Below, piece after piece: positions 18,462 to 27,323 of a DNA stretch of 37,726 nucleotides. Origin of the DNA: an uncultured Gammaproteobacteria bacterium (GTDB lineage Bacteria > Pseudomonadota > Gammaproteobacteria > UBA4575); assembly GCA_963926275.1 (NCBI GenBank), contig CAWUWP010000117.1:1-37726 (forward strand), read 5' to 3'. Each line of letters starts with the position of its first letter. Position 1 is the stretch's first letter. Under the pieces are notes generated by a model. The model did no database searches. It saw only the letters and a program-made list of their open reading frames with translations, and was not told the DNA's origin. Both the position numbers and the translations under genes were made by a program.

Positions 18462-20007
18462 TATTTATTTGGTCTGCCGTAGGTTGATTGTGTGTGAATT
18501 CTAAAACAATTCGTGTGCCTTCGCCTGGTTCACTTTCTACAGTAAATTCTGCACCAAAGCGCTTAGCCCGATCCCGCATAATCGATAAGCCGATATGCTC
18601 GCCGGCATGATAGCTTGTCTGAGGCTTCGAAAAGCCAACGCCATCATCTTCAATTAACACTTCATAGCTGTCTGAGCCGTTGGCACGCATCATTATGCGC
18701 ACATTCTCGGCATCACTGTGTTTTCTTATGTTAGTGAGTGATTCCTGGATTATACGCAGAATATGGAACTCTGTTTCAGCCGGTAAGGTGGTTTCAGCCC
18801 ATTCATTTTGAAAAAACACTTGAATTTCATCATTTACTTGGCGGAAACGGTCAATTGATTGCTCGACAGATGATATCAGGCTGACTAATATGGTCGGTGA
18901 TCTGAAATGAGAGATTAGTTCACGGATCTCAGTATGAGCCTCATTAATTGACGCTTCGATTCTCTCCATCTCAGCCCAGGTTTGAGCCTCATTGCCTTGG
19001 TGTAATGTTTCGTCTAACACGCGGACTTGAAAGCGAATGCTGGTTAGCGTTTGCGCCAGTGAGTCATGCAGCTCATTTGAAATGTGGTTGCGTTCACGCA
19101 AAATTGATAAAGTCGTTGCCTCTTCATCTAAATGCGATTTTTCGATAGCGGCACCTAAGTGTCGGCCAATACTGGTAAAGAGCTCATCAAAATCTTCAAA
19201 ATCATTTAATGAGTTTTTATGGACATAGAGGTTATACGCGCCCAATAATTTTTCTTGGTATTGCAGCGGCACAACCAGTATGCAAACTTGTTTGTCATCG
19301 AAATATTTCTTGCAGAACGCATCATCGCAATCTAAAAGTTTTATATTTAATATTCCAAAGCCATCTTCTTGAGTGTCACTGGAATGATTGATTAAACAAT
19401 GTCGTGCGTGCTCTGCAATGATTTCTTCGTTGCTATTGATGTGTGTGAGTAGTTCAACTTCACTGTCATTATGGACTAGATAAGCGACGGCAGCTTGTGC
19501 ACCGACAAGCTCAGTCATATTAAAAAGGAACTGACTTAGTAATGAGTCCACATCCCTTGATAAGTTAATACTGTTAGCGACATCATACAAAATTGATAAT
19601 GAGCGAGTTTTTTGTGCGATGTAGTTGGTATGTTTATGTACTTGATTTTCAGCGCTGGTCGACAGGGATTGCAACATCTCACCAATGAAATGTAAGTCTT
19701 GATAAACATCTTCATAGTCACCCATGGGCTTGTCTAAAAATTTTGCATCAAGATCTCCGGAACGAATCATCTGTGTCCAATCTTTAATACGTTGTGCAGG
19801 GACGACGTAACTAGACCACAAATTCCAAAATGCAATTACAATCAGCACTAGGCCTGCGCATAAAATCAACCAAGACCAAGCAACGATAAATATACTGAAT
19901 ATCGATAAGCCTAACCCTAATGCCGCACTGGCCGCTGGCAAGTTGGCATGGTTGGCTAGTTTTACTAGAAATGATTGCACTGTGGTTGAATTAGATTTAA
20001 TTCGCAC
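18451..20007 (-). CDS. Sensor histidine kinase: TM hairpin, HAMP-like, GAF, HisKA_3, HATPase
   Basis: Two adjacent TM helices with no periplasmic loop. GAF-like segment (SILYDVANSINLS...LVGAQAAVAYL). H-box ISNELHDSLAQTLTSI. ATPase motifs (IEDDGVGF, GLSIMRDRA). GTG start. 11-nt overlap with the regulator. Confidence 0.88.
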   Translation of the reverse strand: MRIKSNSTTVQSFLVKLANHANLPAASAALGLGLSIFSIFIVAWSWLILCAGLVLIVIAFWNLWSSYVVPAQRIKDWTQMIRSGDLDAKFLDKPMGDYEDVYQDLHFIGEMLQSLSTSAENQVHKHTNYIAQKTRSLSILYDVANSINLSRDVDSLLSQFLFNMTELVGAQAAVAYLVHNDSEVELLTHINSNEEIIAEHARHCLINHSSDTQEDGFGILNIKLLDCDDAFCKKYFDDKQVCILVVPLQYQEKLLGAYNLYVHKNSLNDFEDFDELFTSIGRHLGAAIEKSHLDEEATTLSILRERNHISNELHDSLAQTLTSIRFQVRVLDETLHQGNEAQTWAEMERIEASINEAHTEIRELISHFRSPTILVSLISSVEQSIDRFRQVNDEIQVFFQNEWAETTLPAETEFHILRIIQESLTNIRKHSDAENVRIMMRANGSDSYEVLIEDDGVGFSKPQTSYHAGEHIGLSIMRDRAKRFGAEFTVESEPGEGTRIVLEFTHNQPTADQINNEL

Positions 20008-20022
20008 CAGATTTATGGGTCG

Positions 20023-20355
20023 TTATTTTTCTGCAGTACTACTAGCGGAGTAATTAGGGTCGTTAGGGTTGAGGAATACAAAGTGAAACTGTTTCGGTTC
20101 CAGTTCTGCGTAATCAACTACCGTGCCTTTTAATAATTCATAACTAGTTTTAGCAATAACGATATCAACGCCATTTGAGTGATAGCTGATATCTTCACCC
20201 TTAGCATTGCCTACGTCATCAAAACCCATGCCGTAATGAAATGATCCATTTGGCTTTACTGTGACAGCAATACGCAAAGGCAGCTTGTCGGTTTGTGATT
20301 CTACGGCTGACTTTTTAACTTGTTGCGCAGCGATTTCTGTAATTGATACTTCCAT
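20023..20355 (-). CDS. Cys-less A-type-carrier (HesB/IscA) fold protein, DsrR-like
   Basis: 110 aa with no cysteine. LPLRIAVTVKPNGSFHYGMGFDD...VDYAELEPKQFHFVFLNPNDPNY matches the IscA fold but lacks the Cys ligands, as described for DsrR. Confidence 0.65.
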   Translation of the reverse strand: MEVSITEIAAQQVKKSAVESQTDKLPLRIAVTVKPNGSFHYGMGFDDVGNAKGEDISYHSNGVDIVIAKTSYELLKGTVVDYAELEPKQFHFVFLNPNDPNYSASSTAEK

Positions 20356-20409
20356 AGTGTGTAACTTCCAAAATATAGTGTTGAGACTATTATAACTGTA
20401 TTCGTGTGT

Positions 20410-21777
20410 TTAAGCCTGCTTGGATTGGCAAGATTCGACAAAATTCAAAAACTGCAAGATCCATGGGTTATGAATGCTATGGCGCTGATGCGCATAGCAT
20501 GCAAGCGTATTGTGCAGATGGATACCATCCTGTTTATTCTGAATACCGCTACCACGTGACATATCAAATACCATTGTAGTGTCTTGTTTCAATCCTGATA
20601 AATGCGAATAGTGGAATTCATGTGCATTAATCGGTGATGATGGGCTGCTTGGCCAAAATGCATGCTGGTTTTCACTGAACTGAATGTAGCCACGCCCTTG
20701 AGGCGTTGGTGTCATCACACAGTCTGCGTCAATCACACCGGCCATTGCTGCGCGATCACCTTGATATTGTATATTGTTACATAGATACATTAGCCCGCCA
20801 CATTCCGCATAAGCGGGTAACCCTTGCGTCAGTGCGTTATTAATTTGTGAGCGCATTGATTGATTGTCTTGTAATGCTTGCATACATTTTTCAGGGAAAC
20901 CTCCACCAATAAATAGTGCATCTACATTAGGTAAATCTTTATCATTCAATGTATCAAAAGGAACTAACGTGGCGCCTAGCTGCTGAAAAATGTCTAAGTC
21001 ATCCGGGTAATAAAAACCAAACGCACGATCTTTTGCATAACCAATGCGTAAATCAAATGATGCGCCCACTTTTTGAGGGGTAATATCTGCTGATGGTATC
21101 GGCGTGGAAAGCTCTATGAGCGCGTCAAGATCTACTTGGTCGCCAATCATGTTTGCTAGTGACTGGGTTTTCTCAATGGCTTGCTTATCTTCATTGCTGG
21201 GAATTAAGCCGAGGTACCTTTCTTCTAGCGTTAATGCATCGTCACGACGTATTGCGCCTAGTACGGTTAAGTCTGTGTAGTGTTCAACGACTTGGTGAAG
21301 TTTTTTCTCATGGCGACCGCCACCAACAAAATTCAAAATCACCCCTTGAATATTCACTTCAGGGTCAAATTGTTGATAACCCAGTAGCAGGGGAGCAATG
21401 CCACGAGTTGTGCCGCGGCAATCCAATACCAGTACCACGGGGGATTTAAGTAATTTAGCTAATGCGGCATTACTGTTGCTGCCATCTAGTGCTAAGCCAT
21501 CATAAAGACCTTTATTCGCTTCGATGATGGAAATGTCTGCATCCACACTTTTGCGATGAAACAATTCTAGTATTTCTTGATTGGATTGTGTCCAGAAGTC
21601 TAGGTTATAACAATTACGCCCGGAGGCGGTTGCCAACCACATTGGATCGATATAATCCGGGCCTTTTTTGAAAGGCTGAACAATTTTATTTTTCGCACGT
21701 AGCGCAGCACAAATTCCTGTGCTGACAATGGTTTTTCCAGAAGACTTATGCGCGGCGGAGAAAAGTATCTGGCCCAT
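20410..21777 (-). CDS. Cobyrinate a,c-diamide synthase family amidotransferase (CobB/CbiA; DsrN-like by context)
   Basis: 455 aa. N-terminal P-loop SAAHKSSGKT and KKGPDYIDP. C-terminal glutaminase Cys in YAECGGLMYL. No other cobalamin genes in the window. Confidence 0.85.
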   Translation of the reverse strand: MGQILFSAAHKSSGKTIVSTGICAALRAKNKIVQPFKKGPDYIDPMWLATASGRNCYNLDFWTQSNQEILELFHRKSVDADISIIEANKGLYDGLALDGSNSNAALAKLLKSPVVLVLDCRGTTRGIAPLLLGYQQFDPEVNIQGVILNFVGGGRHEKKLHQVVEHYTDLTVLGAIRRDDALTLEERYLGLIPSNEDKQAIEKTQSLANMIGDQVDLDALIELSTPIPSADITPQKVGASFDLRIGYAKDRAFGFYYPDDLDIFQQLGATLVPFDTLNDKDLPNVDALFIGGGFPEKCMQALQDNQSMRSQINNALTQGLPAYAECGGLMYLCNNIQYQGDRAAMAGVIDADCVMTPTPQGRGYIQFSENQHAFWPSSPSSPINAHEFHYSHLSGLKQDTTMVFDMSRGSGIQNKQDGIHLHNTLACYAHQRHSIHNPWILQFLNFVESCQSKQA

Positions 21778-21861
21778 GGCGTTGTATGTTTTAATAAGGT
21801 CCAGCGCAAAGCGTACTATATAAACAATTCAATAAGCACTACCCGTAATCGATAGCTATTT

Positions 21862-23187
21862 ATGTCTACTGAAAAAAATAATAGTCCCTCTGTAGGGATG
21901 ATCAGCCTTGGCTGCCCTAAAGCGTTAGTTGATTCTGAGCGCATTATCACTCAGCTGCGCAGTGAGGGCTACCAAATCTCCAATGAATACGATGGCGCAG
22001 ATGCGGTGATTGTGAATACTTGCGGTTTTATTGATTCTGCTAAACAAGAATCTTTAGAGGCGATTAGCGAAGCATTAACACAAAATGGCAAAGTAATCGT
22101 GACAGGTTGTATGGGTGTCAATAGCGAAGATCTTGCAGCCATTCCTAGAGAGGTGTTGAGTATTTCTGGTCCTCAAGATGTGGACTCAGTAATGAATGCT
22201 GTACGCAAGTCTGTGCCCATTGCGCACGATCCATTTATAGAGTTATTGCCTCCGCAAGGGATTAAGTTAACGCCTAAGCATTATGCGTATATAAAAATTT
22301 CTGAAGGTTGTAATCATAAATGTACATTTTGTATTATTCCATCAATGCGTGGAAAGCTACAAAGCCGTCAATTACATGATGTGATGGAAGAAGCAGAAAA
22401 GTTAGCTGAGGCAGGCGTTAAAGAGTTATTGGTGATTTCTCAAGATACCAGCGCTTATGGTTTGGATATAAAACATGAGTCACAGCTATGGCGTGGCAAA
22501 GTCTATAACAACTCAATGTTAGATTTATGCAAAGCTATGGGCGAGTTAGGCATATGGGTTCGTTTACATTATGTGTATCCCTATCCGCATGTAGAAGATG
22601 TGATTCCACTAATGGCAGATGGAAAGATACTTCCTTATATTGATGCGCCCTTTCAACATGCGAGTTACGCTGTTTTAAAACGGATGCGTCGACCGGCTTC
22701 AAGCGATCGCACGTTGGAGCAGATTCAACGCTGGCGACAAATATGTCCGCAGCTAGCGATACGTAGTACTTTCATTGTTGGCTTCCCAGGCGAGACAGAT
22801 AATGATTTTGAGCAGCTATTAACATTTTTGAAAGAGGCTGAGCTTGATCGTGTTGGCTGCTTTCAATATTCGCCCGTTGAAGGTGCAAAATCTAATCAAT
22901 TAGATGGCCAGCTAGATGATGAAGTTAAACAAGAGCGCTGGCATCGGCTGATGCAACTACAGCAAGAGATAAGCGAAAATAAATTAGAAGAAAAAGTGGG
23001 CCAGACTTTAGATGTACTCATTGATGAAGTGACGGAAGAAGAAGCGATTGGTAGAAGTTATGCGGATGCGCCTGAGATTGATGGTGCTGTCCATGTGTAT
23101 AGCAATAATCCATTGCAAGTGGGCGATATTGTGAAAGTTGTGATTGAAGAAGCCACAGAATATGATTTGATCGGTTCGCAAGCTTAA
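21862..23187 (+). CDS. rimO: Ribosomal protein S12 methylthiotransferase
   Basis: [15 protein letters not shown], radical-SAM CNHKCTFC, C-terminal TRAM domain. 441 aa. Confidence 0.95.
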   Translation: MSTEKNNSPSVGMISLGCPKALVDSERIITQLRSEGYQISNEYDGADAVIVNTCGFIDSAKQESLEAISEALTQNGKVIVTGCMGVNSEDLAAIPREVLSISGPQDVDSVMNAVRKSVPIAHDPFIELLPPQGIKLTPKHYAYIKISEGCNHKCTFCIIPSMRGKLQSRQLHDVMEEAEKLAEAGVKELLVISQDTSAYGLDIKHESQLWRGKVYNNSMLDLCKAMGELGIWVRLHYVYPYPHVEDVIPLMADGKILPYIDAPFQHASYAVLKRMRRPASSDRTLEQIQRWRQICPQLAIRSTFIVGFPGETDNDFEQLLTFLKEAELDRVGCFQYSPVEGAKSNQLDGQLDDEVKQERWHRLMQLQQEISENKLEEKVGQTLDVLIDEVTEEEAIGRSYADAPEIDGAVHVYSNNPLQVGDIVKVVIEEATEYDLIGSQA

Positions 23188-23514
23188 CGATTTATAAAAA
23201 AGCTACTAAAAGATTCAAAAATATAAATTAACAAGCAGATTAGGTTCAGCTGCTTGTTGTGACTAGGTGGTTAGATGCGTTTGTGTTTAAGCTCTTTCCC
23301 CTAATTGTGATCGCAGATTGGGTCAGTTGAATTCTGTAAATTAGAAAACTTGATTAAGTCGTATTTTTATTCGGGTGATACAGGTGGGAATTTCAAGTGG
23401 ATCTGTAACAGATTTGTCATTATCGTTACTTGGAATATCCAATATACAATAAATAATGTATGCCGATAGCGTCTGAAACAGGACTTTGGTGGTTGAATGC
23501 TTGGATGAGTTGCA

Positions 23515-23555
23515 TTGACTGGCTTAATCATCAGACACTATAATGTATATACATT
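23515..23555 (+). promoter_or_regulatory. Sigma70-like promoter with overlapping palindromic operator upstream of the RHH gene
   Basis: TTGACT (23515-23520), 18-nt spacer, TATAAT (23539-23544). Perfect 14-bp palindrome AATGTATATACATT (23542-23555) overlaps the -10. Further TGTATA/TATACA half-sites flank it. Confidence 0.55.
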
Positions 23556-23586
23556 GTATATCTTTCGGTCTGGACGATCAAAAATA

Positions 23587-23757
23587 ATGAGCGACAAAAG
23601 TAAGAACAAGAATAAGAATAAGGATAGTCAGCTGGTCATACGCATCAATAAAAAAGAGCGTGATGAATTCGTATCACTTTGTGATGAGCTTGATACTAGT
23701 GCGGCAAGAGAGATACGGCGCTTTATTCGCGACTTTATTCATCAACAAGACAAATAA
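23587..23757 (+). CDS. Small ribbon-helix-helix (CopG/Arc-like) DNA-binding protein
   Basis: 56 aa from the internal ATG. Lys/Asn-rich tail, then QLVIRINKKERDEFVSLCDELDTSAAREIRRFIRDFI, which gives a beta-strand/helix/helix pattern. Confidence 0.6.
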   Translation: MSDKSKNKNKNKDSQLVIRINKKERDEFVSLCDELDTSAAREIRRFIRDFIHQQDK

Positions 23758-23982
23758 TCATATCGTTAGTCAGCCAATGCTAACTAACTAAATAGCAACT
23801 TTCCCACCGGTGTCCAGTTTTAGTCTGTATCTAATTAGGTCGAATTATTATTACATTTGATCCATATTGCGCGGCTAAAGCGGTTTTCATATAGCCTCAA
23901 TAAAGAGATAATAGCTGTTATTAGATAAGCGCTATATTGAACAATTATTCATCAGTGATAGATAACAATAAGGAACGATAAC

Positions 23983-24999
23983 ATGGAAAAAATACCAGCC
24001 ACGTTAATACCGGGTGATGGTATTGGCCCCGAGATTGTTAAAGCGACGCTTAAGATACTAGATACCTTAGGAGCCTCTTTTGAATGGGATGAGCAATTAG
24101 CCGGTGTTGCCGCTGAAACAGTCTGTGGTGACCCATTACCACAAGCGACTATTGATAGTATTCGCAAAACCAAGCTTGCGTTAAAAGGTCCCTTAACAAC
24201 ACCGATAGGCAGTGGTTTCCGTTCAATTAATGTGCGATTGCGTGAAGAGTTTCAGTTGTTTGCTAATGTGCGCCCGGCAAGAAGCTTTTTGTTAGGTGGA
24301 CGTTTTGAAAATGTAGATATCGTACTGATTCGTGAAAATTTAGAAGGCTTGTACGTCGGAGTTGAACATTATATTCCTATTGGAGATGACCCTAAGGCGG
24401 TAGCAGAAGCAACAGGGATTATTACTCGTTATGGGTGTACTCGCTTTGTAGAATTTGCATTTAACTGGGCAATTCAAAACAATCGTAAGAAAGTCATTAT
24501 TGTTCATAAAGCCAATATTCTTAAGAAGCTCACGGGTTTATTTTTAGAGATTGCAATGGAAGTTGGTAAAAAATATGAGGGCCAATTAGAAGTTGAAGAA
24601 CGTATTGTTGATAACTGTGCAATGCAGTTAGTGCTCAATCCCAATCAATTTGATGTATTGATTACAACTAATATGTTTGGTGACATTCTTTCGGATGAAA
24701 TCGCAGGCTTGGTGGGTGGATTAGGTTTAGCACCGGCAGCCAATATTGGTAAAGATGCTTCTATATTTGAAGCCGTACATGGTTCTGCGCCAGATATTGC
24801 AGGTAAGAATATCGCTAACCCAACTGCTTTGCTGTTAGCGGCAGGATTGATGCTAGATCATGTAGGTGAAGCAGAAAAAGCCGGTCGACTTAGAGAGGCA
24901 ATAGACACACAACTAACAAGTGGTGAAGGTTTGACGAGTGATCTTGGTGGTAAAGCTAATACAATGGAATTTGCCGATAATATTATTGCAAGATTATAA
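23983..24999 (+). CDS. Isocitrate/isopropylmalate dehydrogenase family; likely NAD-dependent isocitrate dehydrogenase
   Basis: 338 aa. IPGDGIGPEI, LKGPLTTP, RSINVRLR, IRENLEGLY, NMFGDILSD, HGSAPDIAGKNIANP. Confidence 0.85.
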   Translation: MEKIPATLIPGDGIGPEIVKATLKILDTLGASFEWDEQLAGVAAETVCGDPLPQATIDSIRKTKLALKGPLTTPIGSGFRSINVRLREEFQLFANVRPARSFLLGGRFENVDIVLIRENLEGLYVGVEHYIPIGDDPKAVAEATGIITRYGCTRFVEFAFNWAIQNNRKKVIIVHKANILKKLTGLFLEIAMEVGKKYEGQLEVEERIVDNCAMQLVLNPNQFDVLITTNMFGDILSDEIAGLVGGLGLAPAANIGKDASIFEAVHGSAPDIAGKNIANPTALLLAAGLMLDHVGEAEKAGRLREAIDTQLTSGEGLTSDLGGKANTMEFADNIIARL

Positions 25000-25001
25000 G
25001 T

Positions 25002-25787
25002 TTACGATTCAGTTTTAGTGTCTATTTTAGTGCCTAGCACGACGTCTTTCTCACGTAGCTGAGTAAGCGTCGTGTGCCCGCCATGCACCACTACATCTTG
25101 TGAGATTGATGGAATCTCTTTGGCGATGGTGAGTAAAATTTCTTCACCTGTTTGAGTCTTGTTGTTAGCCACTAGCTCGACTAGCCGAGCGGTCATTGGG
25201 TTCATTTCCATAAACCCAACCTTATCTTTTTGATCTCTATACACCAAAATAAAAGTCGCTTGTTCTGGAGCAGTCTCGGGTTGGAAGCCCGGTTTTATTT
25301 TATGCACAGGATAATCGTAACGATCAAGTTGCATTAGTGGAGAAAGCACAGGTATTTGCTTGAGCAAGTTGCCATTTTTGTTGATGCCTCCCCACTCTAT
25401 TTCGGCGTCTGAAAACGACAGCATTATTTCTAGCCACTCATAATGGGTGAGCTCTAATAAAAATGCGGGATCTTCTTCCTGTGATTTCCGCTCTTCGTTT
25501 AGATAGATAAGGAATTCTTTGGAGATATCCTTAAAGTATGGCGAATGACTTTTATGTGTCGAGAAAAAATCTCTGACCATTTTGTGCCAAGCATCATCAC
25601 TATAAAGTTTACGTGTGACCGGGAAGCCACTTGCTAAAAAACCTTGTACATTTCTATACAATAAGCCACGGTAGATTTCTAAACGACGATCTTCAATTCC
25701 AGCAGGTGCCGGATTTTTTTCTGGATCTCTTAAGTGCGCAGTAAATTCGTATTGCACATCTTTAAAATTCTTTTGTATTTTAAGCAT
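25002..25787 (-). CDS. DUF2063 family RiPP maturation partner (MbnC/BufC/HvfC-like)
   Basis: Start at MLKIQKNF. The 8-nt ATGCTTAA overlap with the MNIO gene indicates translational coupling. N-terminal ..LEIYRGLLYRNVQGFLASGFPVTRKL.. resembles DUF2063. Confidence 0.75.
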   Translation of the reverse strand: MLKIQKNFKDVQYEFTAHLRDPEKNPAPAGIEDRRLEIYRGLLYRNVQGFLASGFPVTRKLYSDDAWHKMVRDFFSTHKSHSPYFKDISKEFLIYLNEERKSQEEDPAFLLELTHYEWLEIMLSFSDAEIEWGGINKNGNLLKQIPVLSPLMQLDRYDYPVHKIKPGFQPETAPEQATFILVYRDQKDKVGFMEMNPMTARLVELVANNKTQTGEEILLTIAKEIPSISQDVVVHGGHTTLTQLREKDVVLGTKIDTKTES

Positions 25788-26637
25788 GAGCAGATACTGT
25801 GTTAGCAGAATTATTCCATTTCTGCTGTAGCTGACGAATTTGATCAACCTCTTTCATTAGTGCAGGAATTTTGGGGATATTAAAATCTCTTTCTAGCAGC
25901 GTGGGAAATACACCAAACGTTTCATAAGCTTTATCTAGTATTGTCCACACGGGGCCAATTACATTAGCACCATGTGTGTCTATAATTAAATCTTTTGCTT
26001 CATTGTAATGGCCGGCTATATGGCAGTAAGTTATTCGTTGTTTAGGCAGTGATTGTAAAAAAGTGATCGGGTCATATCCATGGTTGACTGAATTCACATA
26101 AATATTATTTACATCTAATAATAATTCGCAATCTGCTTCTTCCAATACTGCTTTAAGGAAATCGATTTCTTCCATTTCTTTGCCAGGGGCTGCGTAGTAA
26201 GACGCATTCTCTATAGCGATGCGTTGGCCAAGAATATCTTGCACCTGTTTGATGCGATCTGCTACGTAATGTACTGCTTCACTGGTGAAGGGGATGGGCA
26301 TTAAGTCATACAAGTGACCTTGGTCTGAACAGTAAGTTAAATGTTCTGTGTATTTGAGAATATTATGCTGCTGCATAAATTTTTTAATGTCATGGATAAA
26401 CTCTAAATCTAAAGGGGTTGGTCCACCGATAGATAAAGATAGACCGTGAGTGACAAAGTCATAACGTTCAGTGTATTCGCGAAAACGTTTCCCTAGTCGC
26501 CCGCCGATTCGGATCCAGTTTTCTGGTGCAACTTCCATGAACTGAACTTGCATAGGATTAACCTCAAGAAGCTCTTCCATCATGTGGCCGCGCCTAAGCC
26601 CTAGACCCGCACCACTTACACAGTATTCATTAGACAT
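25780..26637 (-). CDS. DUF692 / multinuclear non-heme iron oxidative enzyme (MNIO; MbnB/BufB/HvfB-like)
   Basis: 285 aa. GAGLGLRRGH, VQFMEVAPENW, THGLSLSIGG, YTEHLTY, IENASYY, LLLDVNNIYVNS, CHIAGH. This is the TIM-barrel DUF692 motif series. Confidence 0.88.
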   Translation of the reverse strand: MSNEYCVSGAGLGLRRGHMMEELLEVNPMQVQFMEVAPENWIRIGGRLGKRFREYTERYDFVTHGLSLSIGGPTPLDLEFIHDIKKFMQQHNILKYTEHLTYCSDQGHLYDLMPIPFTSEAVHYVADRIKQVQDILGQRIAIENASYYAAPGKEMEEIDFLKAVLEEADCELLLDVNNIYVNSVNHGYDPITFLQSLPKQRITYCHIAGHYNEAKDLIIDTHGANVIGPVWTILDKAYETFGVFPTLLERDFNIPKIPALMKEVDQIRQLQQKWNNSANTVSAHA

Positions 26638-26689
26638 AATATTCTCTTTATGGGGCTATTATTTTGAACGTTGCCGTTTTCTATATTTC

Positions 26690-27295
26690 CTATCGTTTGT
26701 TGATGAAGTTTAAGTAGTAATCAAGGCTGAAGAATTTACCGGCACCAATGAAAAACAATACTAACAACATAATGAAATAGGTAGTGGCAAACTCGATGCC
26801 ATTATTGAGGGAAACGAAACCACCATTCTCGGTTAACCATGAATAGTTGCCATGTTCTTTTAATATATCTTTAGCGACACCTAATCGCTCCACTGCTTCC
26901 ATGGTTCGCTCTGTTGCAAATAGTCCTGAGCCGGATGAAATTGCTAACCATCCGTTACCAATATGTACAGAGAAAATTGCTACTAACATGGTGGCCATTA
27001 GCGGGATAGATATCCAACGTACTCCGAAGCCAACGAGTAGAAATATTGCGCCTAATACTTCTGTCCAGCCAGCGAGGAAAGCCATGAGTGTTGGCAGTGG
27101 TAATCCAAGGCCCCAATCCGCGTTTCCAAACCAGCTGACAGTTGATTCAAATGGCATAAAGGTTGAGAAATCAATTTTACTTGTACCTGCCATCCAAAAA
27201 ACTGGCACCAGATAAAGGCGTAACGCTAATGGCCCAAGAAAATCTAATACGCGTAGCTTGTCAAAAATTGAATTTATAAAATTAATTATGCCCAT
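26690..27295 (-). CDS. DoxX family integral membrane protein
   Basis: Start at ATG 27295, preceded by GGGAG. LALRLYLVPVFWMAGTSKI and four hydrophobic helices typical of DoxX. Confidence 0.8.
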   Translation of the reverse strand: MGIINFINSIFDKLRVLDFLGPLALRLYLVPVFWMAGTSKIDFSTFMPFESTVSWFGNADWGLGLPLPTLMAFLAGWTEVLGAIFLLVGFGVRWISIPLMATMLVAIFSVHIGNGWLAISSGSGLFATERTMEAVERLGVAKDILKEHGNYSWLTENGGFVSLNNGIEFATTYFIMLLVLFFIGAGKFFSLDYYLNFINKR

Positions 27296-27323
27296 GGTTG
27301 TTACTCCCAAGTTCTAGTTTGTT

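Noticed and set aside
24997-25004. Convergent stop codons of the isocitrate dehydrogenase and DUF2063 genes only 2 nt apart, with no terminator
   Set aside because: This is real but merely compact gene packing. It is noted in case of transcriptional interference and is not evidence of a feature.
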